The notes beneath the pieces are model-generated. The model was not told the origin of the DNA. It saw only the letters and a list, made by a program, of their open reading frames with translations, and searched no databases. A program made the translations under genes and the position numbers. Positions 51,116-59,561 of a stretch of DNA of 64,000 nucleotides are shown in pieces. Origin of the DNA: Myxococcales bacterium (GTDB taxonomy: Bacteria; Myxococcota; Myxococcia; Myxococcales; UBA5297). The stretch spans positions 21,964-85,963 of the forward strand of contig JBBIQS010000017.1 of assembly GCA_037442205.1 (NCBI GenBank), read 5' to 3'. The first letter of the stretch is position 1. Every line of letters begins with the position of its first letter.

Positions 51116-52018
51116 CTAGTGGCCGCCGAGCATCTGGGCCTCGACTCGGTTCCGACCGGCCTGCTTGGCTTTGTAGAGGTACTTGTCGGCGGCGGCGATC
51201 AGGGCGCTGCCGTCGGCGAACGAGCCGTCGACCAGCGTGGCGAGCCCGAGGGAGATGGTGACCTTCATCTCCTGGCCGTTGAAGCTGAACTGAGTGCTCT
51301 CGATGAGCCGGCGCACCCGCTCGGCGAGGATGAACGCCTTGTCCTCGGGGGCCTCCCGCAGCAGCAGCACGAACTCCTCGCCGCCGTAGCGGGCGAAGAG
51401 GTCCTCGGCGCGGATGGTGTCGGACACCTTCTGCGCCAGCCGCGCCAGCACGTAGTCGCCGGCAGGGTGGCCGTGGGTGTCGTTGATCTTCTTGAAGTGA
51501 TCGACGTCCATCATGATGGCGCTAAGCGCCACCCGGTGCCGCAGGCAGTAGGCGAACTCCTTCTGCAGCGAGTCGAGGAAGAACTTCTTGTTGTAGACCC
51601 GGGTCAGCGCATCGCGGGTGGCCGAGTCGTAGAGGTTCTTCTGCAGCGCCTCGTCGAAGGCGTCCTGATAGCTGAACTTGAGGATGGTCGCCGAGCCGAT
51701 CTGGATCTTGTCGCCATCCTTGAGCGCCTGGATCTCGATCTTCTCGCCGTTGGAGAAGGTGCCGTTGGTCGAGTTCAGGTCCAGCAGCTGGATGGTGCCG
51801 TCGGCGCGCACCGAGATCTTGGCGTGCTTTCGACTGACCCCCTCGTCGTCGAGCATGATGTCGCACTCGGCCGCCCGGCCGATGACCATCTCGTTGCGGT
51901 CGAGCTTGAACATCTTGCCGACGCTGGTCTTGCCCGAGACGACGATGAGGTAGGCGTTGACGCGCTTGGCCTGCGACAAGAGCTCGGAGACGGTATGGAC
52001 TATTGTTTTGTCTTCCAA
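51116..52018 (-). CDS. FHA-domain diguanylate cyclase (FHA + GGDEF)
   Basis: Track ORF of 300 aa with a TTG start and GAGGA 6 nt upstream. FHA core IGRAAECDIMLDDEGVSRKHAKI...STNGTFSNG. GGDEF domain with active site RYGGEEF and an I-site RAED five residues upstream. Confidence 0.9.
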   Translation of the reverse strand: MEDKTIVHTVSELLSQAKRVNAYLIVVSGKTSVGKMFKLDRNEMVIGRAAECDIMLDDEGVSRKHAKISVRADGTIQLLDLNSTNGTFSNGEKIEIQALKDGDKIQIGSATILKFSYQDAFDEALQKNLYDSATRDALTRVYNKKFFLDSLQKEFAYCLRHRVALSAIMMDVDHFKKINDTHGHPAGDYVLARLAQKVSDTIRAEDLFARYGGEEFVLLLREAPEDKAFILAERVRRLIESTQFSFNGQEMKVTISLGLATLVDGSFADGSALIAAADKYLYKAKQAGRNRVEAQMLGGH

Positions 52019-52082
52019 AACGAGTCCTCAGTGGCAGGCCGACCGACCGAACCATCATAACAGCCCTTTCCCAGTGGGTGCC

Positions 52083-53021
52083 ATGCCCGCACGCCGCCCT
52101 CTAGTGCTAGCTCCTTTGCTCGTGGTGAACCTGCTGGGTTGCCTGCGCCCCGCCGCTCCGACCGTGCAGCTGCAGGCCTTCCTCGGCGCCAGCGAAGAGG
52201 GCGGCTATGAGATGGCCGAGGTCACTTCGCACCCAGGCGAGCCGCAGAGCGCCCGGCGAGTGATCGTCGGTCCCGACGGAAAGGTCGCCTCCTCGCAGAC
52301 CCTGGCGAGCGAGCGGGCCCAGCAGGCCATCGCCGCCGCGCTCGCCGGCACCGCGGGCCGGCGCACGGCCGAGGATTCTCTCGGAGGCATGGAAGGAAAG
52401 GCGTTCTCGCGCGAGCGAGCGCGCGTGCTCGAGGTCCCCGACCAGCTCCCGGCGAGCTGGCCCATCGAGCCGGTCCCTGGACTGAAGGCGCAGCTGGCGG
52501 TCGAGCGACGAGCCGAGGGCGGGCTGCTCTTCCGGGTCCAGCTCGAGGGCGGCGGGCGCGCCGCGCTGCTGTCGCTGCCGGAGCTCGAGGGCGGCGCGCT
52601 GGAGTCGGTGCTGCTGCTGCCCGAGGGGCACCTGGCGCTGGCCCGGTTCTGGGCGTCGTCGGCCGGAGCCGGGCGCCACCGCCTCGAGGGGCTGGCGCAG
52701 CTCGAGCTGGGCAAGGCGCTGGCCTCGCTGCTCAACGCCCGGGCCATCGACGAGCTCAAGCAGGGCCAGCTGGCGGCGGCCCGCGGCGATCTGGAGCAGG
52801 CAATCCGCATCGCCCCCGAGGACGCGCTGGCCCGCTACAACCTGGCCTGCGCGCTGACGCTCGAGGGGAGTCTCGACCAGGCGCTGCTGACGCTCGGGCG
52901 GGCGGTCGATCAGGATCCCGACCTGCGCCGAGAGGCTGTGCGAGACCCCGACTTCGCCGCCCTGCGCGGACGGGTCGAGTTCAGGCTGATGGTCGAGCCC
53001 CGCGCCGGCGAGGAGCTGTGA
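52083..53021 (+). CDS. Lipoprotein with C-terminal TPR-like repeats
   Basis: In-frame part of track ORF 51957..53021, with ATG at 52083. Lipobox NLLGC. C-terminal LEQAIRIAPEDALARYNLACALTLEGSLDQALLTLGRAVDQDP. Confidence 0.65.
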   Translation: MPARRPLVLAPLLVVNLLGCLRPAAPTVQLQAFLGASEEGGYEMAEVTSHPGEPQSARRVIVGPDGKVASSQTLASERAQQAIAAALAGTAGRRTAEDSLGGMEGKAFSRERARVLEVPDQLPASWPIEPVPGLKAQLAVERRAEGGLLFRVQLEGGGRAALLSLPELEGGALESVLLLPEGHLALARFWASSAGAGRHRLEGLAQLELGKALASLLNARAIDELKQGQLAAARGDLEQAIRIAPEDALARYNLACALTLEGSLDQALLTLGRAVDQDPDLRREAVRDPDFAALRGRVEFRLMVEPRAGEEL

Positions 53022-53201
53022 CTGGCGCCGGTGCAGGCCGAAAAACCTGAGCGACCAAGGAAGGTCGTGGAGCTTGCTGGCCGGGGAGCCGCCGTTCGGC
53101 TTGCCGGGAAACGGCCGTCTGGCGAGGCGTCTTTCGCTCGGAATCGGCCTGCGCGCCTCGGCAGCTGCGTGCTAAGGTCGGCGGCTTCCGAGGAGGGCCG
53201 T

Positions 53202-54431
53202 ATGAACCTGGCCGAGGCGAGCCACTACTACTTCACCAAGGCCGCGAAGCTGATGGAGGTCAGCGACCGGGTGGCGACGCTGCTCACCAACCCGCTGCGC
53301 GAGATCACCGTCCAGATCCCGATCGAGATGGACGACGGGCAGATCAAGACCTTCGTCGGCTACCGCATCCAGCACGACAACGCCCGCGGTCCGATGAAGG
53401 GTGGAATCCGCTTCCACCCGTCGGTCAACCGCGAGCAGATGCAGGGCATCGCCGCGCTGATGACCTGGAAGACCGCGGTGGTCAACCTCCCCTACGGCGG
53501 CGCCGCCGGCGGAGTGGCCTGCCAGCCCGCCTCCCTGAGCCCCCGCGAGCTGGAGCGGCTGACCCGCAAGCTCGTCGACCAGATCCAGGACGTGATCGGG
53601 CCCACCCGCGACATCCCCGGCCCCGATCTGAACACCAACCCCCAGGTCATGGCCTGGATGATGGACCAGTACTCCAAGTACCGCGGGCACACTCCGGCGG
53701 TGGTCACAGGCAAGCCGGTCGAGCTCTACGGCTGCCGCGGGCGGGACAGCGCCAGCGGGCGCGGCCTGCAGCTGATCTGCCGGGAGATCCTGCGCGACAT
53801 CGGGATGGAGGTGCGCGGGACGCGCTTCGCCGTCCAGGGCTTCGGCCACGTCGGGCGCCACGCGGTGCGGCTGCTGGCCGAGGATGGGGCGCGCATCGTC
53901 GCGGTCAGCGAGGAGGGCGGCGGCACCTTCAATCCCAACGGCCTGGACGTCCCGGCGCTGCTCGAGCACTTCCGGACCAGCGGCTCGATCAAGGGCTTCG
54001 CCGGCGGGCAGGCGATCGCGCCGGCCGACGCGCTGCTGGTCGAGTGCGACGTGCTGATCCCGGCGGCGCTCCCCGGGTCCCTCACCGGGATCAACGCCGG
54101 CAGCGTGCGCGCCAAGATCGTGGTCGAGGGCGCCAACGGCCCCACCGATCCCGAGGCCGACGAGATCCTCGAGAAGCGCGGGATCATCACCGTCCCCGAC
54201 ATCCTGGCCGGCGCCGGCGGGGTGACGGTCAGCTATTTCGAATGGGTGCAGAACATCCAGCAGTTCACCTGGGAAGAGGAGCGGGTGAACGCCGAGCTGG
54301 AGAAGCTGCTCAAGGACGCCTACGAGCGGACCGCCCACCTGGCCAAGACCCGCCGGGTCTCGCTGCGCACCGCCGCCTATGCCCTGGCCATCGGCCGGGT
54401 CGGCAAGGCCACGGTGCTGCGCGGCGTTTAG
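53202..54431 (+). CDS. gdh: Glutamate dehydrogenase (Glu/Leu/Phe/Val dehydrogenase family)
   Basis: Inside track ORF 53031..54431, with ATG 53202 preceded by GGAGGG, giving 409 aa. Motifs GPMKGGIRFHP, LPYGGAAGGV, and the Rossmann-type VQGFGHVG. Confidence 0.9.
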   Translation: MNLAEASHYYFTKAAKLMEVSDRVATLLTNPLREITVQIPIEMDDGQIKTFVGYRIQHDNARGPMKGGIRFHPSVNREQMQGIAALMTWKTAVVNLPYGGAAGGVACQPASLSPRELERLTRKLVDQIQDVIGPTRDIPGPDLNTNPQVMAWMMDQYSKYRGHTPAVVTGKPVELYGCRGRDSASGRGLQLICREILRDIGMEVRGTRFAVQGFGHVGRHAVRLLAEDGARIVAVSEEGGGTFNPNGLDVPALLEHFRTSGSIKGFAGGQAIAPADALLVECDVLIPAALPGSLTGINAGSVRAKIVVEGANGPTDPEADEILEKRGIITVPDILAGAGGVTVSYFEWVQNIQQFTWEEERVNAELEKLLKDAYERTAHLAKTRRVSLRTAAYALAIGRVGKATVLRGV

Positions 54432-54469
54432 AGAAAGGGGCCGCCCGCGCCGGGCCGGCCGTCGCACCC

Positions 54470-55630
54470 ATGGATCCGATTTCCCGAGACCTCGCCAAGT
54501 GGATGCCGCGCCTGCTCGCCGTCTGGCGCAAGCGGCGCCGCGATGAAGGCGGGCCCACCGACCGGCTGCGCTCCGAGGAGCTGCGCGAGGCGGCGGCGGC
54601 GGTGCGCGCTCTCTCCAAGGGGCTGACCCGCGACCGCGAGCTGGCCGGCGCCCGCTACATGGAGGACCGCAAGCTGCTGGGCGGCTACCTCTTGTTCTAC
54701 TGGCCGGTCTCGTACGCCCAGGCTCGCCACGCGCTCAACGAGCTGCCGTCCAGGCCGCGCTCGGTGCTCGACCTGGGCTCGGGCCCCGGCCCGCTCTCCT
54801 TCGCCTGCCTCGACGCCGGCGCGGGCGAGGTGGTGGCCGCCGATCGCAGCCCGGCCGCCTTGCAGCTGGCGCGGGAGCTGGCGGGAGAGGCCGGCGAGGC
54901 GATCGCCACCCGGGCCTGGAACGGCAGCGCCGGCGACGCGTCTCCCGAGGGCCAGTACGACCTGGTCACCATGGGCCACGTGCTCAACGAGCTGTGGGCC
55001 GGCCAGCCCGACTGCGTCCAGCGCCGGGCCGGGCTGGTCGAGCGCGTCAGCGAGCGGGTGAAGAAGGGCGGGTCGCTGCTGTTGATGGAGCCGGCGCTGC
55101 GCGAGACCTCGCGCGCCCTGCTGCAGGTGCGCGATCGGCTGGTGGCTGACGGCTACGTGGTGCGCAGCCCGTGCCTGTTCCGCGGCAGCTGCCCGGCGCT
55201 GATCAAGGAGAGCGACTGGTGCCACGCCGAGCGCGACTGGGAGCTGCCGCCGGTGGTGCAGCAGATCGCCAAGGCCGCCGGGCTGCACAAGGAGTCGCTG
55301 AAGATGACCGCGCTCTTGATGGGCCGGCCGGGCGAGTCTTGGCAGGAGCTGCCGGCGGGGAGGCTGTTCCGCATCGTCTCCGAGCCGCTGTCGTCCAAGG
55401 GGCGGCTGCGCTACATCGGCTGCGGGCCGGAGGGGCGCTTCGGGCTGTCGCTGCAGGACAAGCACCTCAACCCCGGCAACAAGCCCTTCGCCCGCCTCTT
55501 CCGCGGCGACGTGATCGCCGTCGAAGGCACCGAGGAGAAGGGCGACGGGCTGGCGCTCTCCGAGACCAGCAAGGTCGAGATCAGGGCGCACGTCGGCCAG
55601 CGCATCGTCTCCCCGGGCCAGGAATTCTGA
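54470..55630 (+). CDS. Rsm22-like class I SAM methyltransferase with C-terminal Cys cluster
   Basis: In-frame part of track ORF 54044..55630, with ATG at 54470. Motif I VLDLGSGPGPLS, then LLLMEPA, then CLFRGSCPALIKESDWCH. Confidence 0.65.
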   Translation: MDPISRDLAKWMPRLLAVWRKRRRDEGGPTDRLRSEELREAAAAVRALSKGLTRDRELAGARYMEDRKLLGGYLLFYWPVSYAQARHALNELPSRPRSVLDLGSGPGPLSFACLDAGAGEVVAADRSPAALQLARELAGEAGEAIATRAWNGSAGDASPEGQYDLVTMGHVLNELWAGQPDCVQRRAGLVERVSERVKKGGSLLLMEPALRETSRALLQVRDRLVADGYVVRSPCLFRGSCPALIKESDWCHAERDWELPPVVQQIAKAAGLHKESLKMTALLMGRPGESWQELPAGRLFRIVSEPLSSKGRLRYIGCGPEGRFGLSLQDKHLNPGNKPFARLFRGDVIAVEGTEEKGDGLALSETSKVEIRAHVGQRIVSPGQEF

Positions 55631-55786
55631 CCCGTTGAGCGCTCGTCGAGCGGGCGCTCGCTTCCAGGCTCGGCGATCCTCGAATCCCTGAGGGGACCCG
55701 CCCGGCGGGCCTCGGGTTTCTGCCGAGCGCGCGCCCGAGCGCTCAGTAACTAGCCGATTTTCCTGGCGATTGGCGCGCCGCTCCCG

Positions 55787-55802
55787 TGGCGCGTCGGTTG
55801 CA
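55787..55802 (+). promoter_or_regulatory. Sigma-54-type -24/-12 promoter (TGGCgCG-N4-TTGCA)
   Basis: One mismatch to TGGCACG-N4-TTGCW. GG at 55788..55789 and GC at 55800..55801. It sits 60 nt upstream of ATG 55863. Confidence 0.55.
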
Positions 55803-55862
55803 GACCGTGCCGTCGACCATTTTCCGCGACCTTGCGGAGACGAGGGAGACGAGGGAGACGAC

Positions 55863-57905
55863 ATGCGACACCAATTGATCGCGACCCTGGCAGCGGCAGC
55901 GCTTCTCGGCCTGGGCTGCAGCTCGAAGACCACCAGTGATCCGCTGCACCAGAAGCCGCCGCCGCTGGGGCAGGACCACGCCTCGCTGGTCAGCTTCGCC
56001 AGCTGCGACGAGCTCGAGCAGTACATCGAGGACACCGCCACCCTGCAGATGAAGGAGATGCTCGAAGGGAGCGGCGGGTACATGCTCGGCGGCGTCGCGG
56101 ACGGCAAGAGCCCGGCGGCCAATACCGCCGGCGGCGCGGGCGCGGCGCCGGCCCACTCCGAGACCAACACCCAGGTCGCCGGGGTCGACGAGGCCGACTT
56201 CGTCAAGACCGACGGCAACCGGGTCTTCTACCTCAACGGCGGCCGGCTGCTGGTGCTCAAGAGCTGGCCGGCGGCCGAGACCGCCATCGACGCCCAGGTC
56301 GACGTCGAGGGCTATCCCCAGGAGATGTTCCTCGCCGACAACAGGCTGGTGGTCTTCTCGCAGGTCTACGACCCGGTGCAGTACCCCGGAGTCTGGGACT
56401 ACTACTACAACTGGATGACCGCCTCGGCGACCAAGGTCTCGGTCTTCGACGTCACCTCCAACCAGCCGGTGCTGCTCGACGCCTGGTACCTGGGCGGCTA
56501 CTACAACACCTCGCGGCGCATCGGCAACGCGGTGCGGATGGTGATGTGGGCCAGCCTCAACTGGCCGACCGACCTGCAGTACTGGATCCCCAATCGCCAC
56601 TGGGATCACCCCGAGCTCGACGCCAGCGCCATCGCCCAGGTCGAGGCCGACAACGAGGACAAGATCCGCGCCCGTACCTTGGCTGAGTGGCTGCCGCACA
56701 ACTACCTGCTGCAGCACGGGCAGTTCGTCGAGGCGCCGCTGCAGTGCCAGCGCTACGCGCGCCCGAGCGTGCCCTCCAGGCTGGGCCTGACCATGGTCGC
56801 CACCCTCGACCTGGCCAACCCGCAGAATGGCATCGATCAGATGGGGCTGATCGCCGATACCGGCACCGTCTACTCCAGCCTGGAGTCGCTCTACATGGCC
56901 ACGCCGATCTGGTGGTGGGGCTGGTGGGGCCGGGCCGACGGGCAGAGCGAGGACTGGGACCGCACCTACCTGCACAAGTTCAGCCTCTCCGATCCTGCCA
57001 GCGTGCAGTACCAGGCCACCGGCGTGGTCCCCGGACACATCCTCAACCAGTTCTCGCTCGACGAGTACCAGGGCAACCTGCGGGTGGCCACCAACACCTG
57101 GCCGGTGTGGGACTACGTCACCGGCACGCAGATCGGCGGCCGGGAGAACCGGGTCTACGTGCTGCAGCAGGCCGGGCAGGAGCTGGTGACCATCGGCGCC
57201 ACTCCCGACCTGGCCCCCGGCGAGAGCATCTACGGCTCGCGGTTCTTCGGTGAGAAGGGCTTCGTGGTCACCTACCGGCAGATCGACCCGCTCTTCACCC
57301 TCGACCTGAGCGATCCCACCAATCCGCATGTGGTCGGCTCCCTGCACATCCCCGGCTTCTCGACCTATATCCACCTGCTCGACGACACCCACCTGCTGAC
57401 CATCGGCCAGGACACAGTGACCACCGCCACCGGCGAGCGGCGCAACGGCGTCAGCCTGCAGCTGTTCGACGTCGGCGACATGGCCAACCCGAGGCTGACC
57501 GCCAAGCAGGTGGTGGGCACCAACTGGGGCTACAGCGAGGCGCTGTGGGACCACAAGGCCTTCAACTACTTCGCCAAGACCGGGGTGCTGGCCATCCCGT
57601 TCACCGACTACGTCAGCACCGGCGACGCCAACTACTGGAACTACTTCCAGAGCAAGCTCAAGGCCTTCAAGATCGACGCGGCCGGGGCCATCACGCCCAT
57701 CGGAGAGGCTGACCACAGCGAGTACTACCAGCACTACGGTTACAACAGCTGGTACTGGTGGTACGAGCCGTACATCCGGCGCAGCGTGCAGATCGAGAAC
57801 TACGTGTACTCGTTCAGCTCGGCGGCGGTGAAGGTCAACGACATCGCCGACCTGACCCAGACCGTGGCGCTGGTCGAGCTGCCGCCGCAGCGCACTGGGC
57901 CGTAG
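55863..57905 (+). CDS. Beta-propeller-domain lipoprotein (PF09826-like, function unknown)
   Basis: Inside track ORF 55770..57905, with ATG 55863 preceded by GAGGGAG. Lipobox LLGLGCSS. TNTQVAGVDEADFVKTDGNRVFYL and downstream repeats match my memory of the Beta_propel family. Confidence 0.65.
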   Translation: MRHQLIATLAAAALLGLGCSSKTTSDPLHQKPPPLGQDHASLVSFASCDELEQYIEDTATLQMKEMLEGSGGYMLGGVADGKSPAANTAGGAGAAPAHSETNTQVAGVDEADFVKTDGNRVFYLNGGRLLVLKSWPAAETAIDAQVDVEGYPQEMFLADNRLVVFSQVYDPVQYPGVWDYYYNWMTASATKVSVFDVTSNQPVLLDAWYLGGYYNTSRRIGNAVRMVMWASLNWPTDLQYWIPNRHWDHPELDASAIAQVEADNEDKIRARTLAEWLPHNYLLQHGQFVEAPLQCQRYARPSVPSRLGLTMVATLDLANPQNGIDQMGLIADTGTVYSSLESLYMATPIWWWGWWGRADGQSEDWDRTYLHKFSLSDPASVQYQATGVVPGHILNQFSLDEYQGNLRVATNTWPVWDYVTGTQIGGRENRVYVLQQAGQELVTIGATPDLAPGESIYGSRFFGEKGFVVTYRQIDPLFTLDLSDPTNPHVVGSLHIPGFSTYIHLLDDTHLLTIGQDTVTTATGERRNGVSLQLFDVGDMANPRLTAKQVVGTNWGYSEALWDHKAFNYFAKTGVLAIPFTDYVSTGDANYWNYFQSKLKAFKIDAAGAITPIGEADHSEYYQHYGYNSWYWWYEPYIRRSVQIENYVYSFSSAAVKVNDIADLTQTVALVELPPQRTGP

Positions 57906-57933
57906 TCATCCGCGGTCGCTGAGGAACCAAATT

Positions 57934-57970
57934 GAAGAGGCGGTCCTTTCGGGGCCGCCTCTTCGCTTTC
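57934..57970. terminator. Bidirectional terminator between convergent genes
   Basis: 13-bp stem GAAGAGGCGGTCC-tttcg-GGGCCGCCTCTTC, flanked by AAATT upstream and GCTTTC downstream. Confidence 0.6.
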
Positions 57971-57975
57971 GCGCG

Positions 57976-58653
57976 CTAGAAGGAGAAAGTCGCCCCGAGC
58001 AGCGCGCCGCCGTTGGTCGGAGCGGCGCCCACGGCGAGCAGCTTGAAGGCAGCGCTGTCGGTCTCGGCGGAGGCGGTCTTGAGGGTGGCGCGGCTGCGGC
58101 TCATGGCGCCGAAGCCCACGCCGCCGAGGACGCCGGCGATCGCTACTCCAGTGCCGCCCACGACCAGGCTCGTGAACAACAGGGCGCCGGCCAGCTGGCT
58201 GTCGCCGCCCTTCGAGGCGACGAGCGCCGAGAGGCCGAACACCCCGCCGACGATCGCCACCGGCACGCCGATCCCCAGCCCGACGATGCCCATGACCATC
58301 AATCCGGCGCGGCGCTTGTCCAGGATCACGGTCGAGGGGCCGGCGGGGAAGACGATGTCCTGGTTGTAGGAGGCGTCGCCCTCGACGCGGATGCGGTGGC
58401 GACCCGGAGTCACCACCACGTCGCAGGGAGTGTGGCAGGCAGTCGCGCCCTCGACCTCCACCGTGAAGTGGTGGTTCTCGCCGTCAAAGTGCACGGGATA
58501 GCCCATCGCCGGAGCCGGAATCGGGGCCGGGGCAGGCGCGGCAGCCTCAGGAGGCGGGGGCGGCGGGGGCGGCGGAGGTGGCGGCAGCTCGGCCTGCGCC
58601 CGCGCCGAGAGAGGGATGAGAAGCAGCCCCAGAATCAAGCCCGACGCGCGCAT
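57976..58653 (-). CDS. Secreted/membrane protein: poly-Pro tract, beta-sandwich (PEGA-like) segment, Gly-zipper TM region
   Basis: Track ORF of 225 aa with signal peptide MRASGLILGLLLIPLSARA. P13 run, then TVEVEGATACHTPCDVVVTPGRHRIRVEG, then GLMVMGIVGLGIGVPVAIVGGVFGL, and a C-terminal ...GATFSF. Confidence 0.6.
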   Translation of the reverse strand: MRASGLILGLLLIPLSARAQAELPPPPPPPPPPPPEAAAPAPAPIPAPAMGYPVHFDGENHHFTVEVEGATACHTPCDVVVTPGRHRIRVEGDASYNQDIVFPAGPSTVILDKRRAGLMVMGIVGLGIGVPVAIVGGVFGLSALVASKGGDSQLAGALLFTSLVVGGTGVAIAGVLGGVGFGAMSRSRATLKTASAETDSAAFKLLAVGAAPTNGGALLGATFSF

Positions 58654-58831
58654 GAGGATTCCCTTCCTGTGTTCGGCAGTGTCCGCCTCTCAATATCATG
58701 CAGTTCCTGGCTTTTTCGAATCGCCGGCCGAGGCCGGCGGCGAGCCAGGTCCTGGCCGGTCCTCGCCCGGTTGCCGCCGTCCACCTCAGGCGAGAAGATG
58801 GACGCCGTTCCGGTTCCCCGGGAGGCCCGCC

Positions 58832-59464
58832 ATGATCGCCGCCGTGCTGTCGCTGTCGCTGCAGCTGGTCCTCGCTGCCGAGCCCGTCGAGCAGACCATC
58901 CGGGTCAGCCCCGGCACCCAGCAGGTGATCAAGATCCCCGGGCTGACCCGGGTGGCGCTGGCCGACCCGACGGTGGCCGACGTCAATGTCACCGGGGCGG
59001 GCGAGCTGCTGGTGCTGGGCAAGCGGCAAGGGCGCACCTCGATGACGCTGTGGGTCGCCGGGCAGAAGGGGATTCTGACGCGGACCATCGCCGTCGACGA
59101 CGGCAAGTTCGCCGAGCTGGAGGCCCTGTGCCGGGAGAAGGTCAACCCGTCGATCAAGTTCCTCACCGCCGCCGACAAGGTGGTGGTCGAGGGGACGCTG
59201 GACTCGATGGAGGAGTACCGCCGGCTCAAGGTGATCGTCGGCGACGACGCGCGCATCAAGCTGATGGTCAGGCTCAACCCCCGGCTGCTGCCGGCCATCG
59301 CCAACGCCATCAACGAGGCGCTCAAGAAGGCCGGGCTGAGCTCGGCCAAGGCAGTGGTGATGGGCCAGAAGATCGTTCTCGAGGGCTCGGTGGCCGATGC
59401 CGAGGAGAACAAGCGGGCCCAGCTCATCGCCGATTCGTATTACCAGGACCTGGCGGGCAGGTAG
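58832..59464 (+). CDS. Stand-alone CpaC/RcpA-type pilus-secretin N-terminal module (pilus-N plus two BON-like units) without a secretin barrel
   Basis: In-frame part of track ORF 58616..59464, with ATG 58832 preceded by GGGAGG. IRVSPGTQQVIKIPGLTRVALADPTVADVNVTGAGELLVLGKRQGRTSMTLW matches the pilus-formation N-terminal region as I remember it. KVVVEGTLDSMEEYRRL and KIVLEGSVADAEENKRA are BON-like. Confidence 0.6.
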   Translation: MIAAVLSLSLQLVLAAEPVEQTIRVSPGTQQVIKIPGLTRVALADPTVADVNVTGAGELLVLGKRQGRTSMTLWVAGQKGILTRTIAVDDGKFAELEALCREKVNPSIKFLTAADKVVVEGTLDSMEEYRRLKVIVGDDARIKLMVRLNPRLLPAIANAINEALKKAGLSSAKAVVMGQKIVLEGSVADAEENKRAQLIADSYYQDLAGR

Positions 59465-59502
59465 CCGAAGGTCCGCGCTCCTCTCCAACCCACGAAAGAC
59501 GA

Positions 59503-59528
59503 AGGCCCGGGAGAATCCTCCCGGGCCT
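59503..59528. terminator. Bidirectional terminator between convergent genes
   Basis: 11-bp stem AGGCCCGGGAG-aatc-CTCCCGGGCCT, with GAAAGACGA upstream (T-rich on the minus strand) and CGCCATTTCC downstream. Confidence 0.6.
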
Positions 59529-59561
59529 CGCCATTTCCACAGGAAGCGAGGGAGGTTGCCG

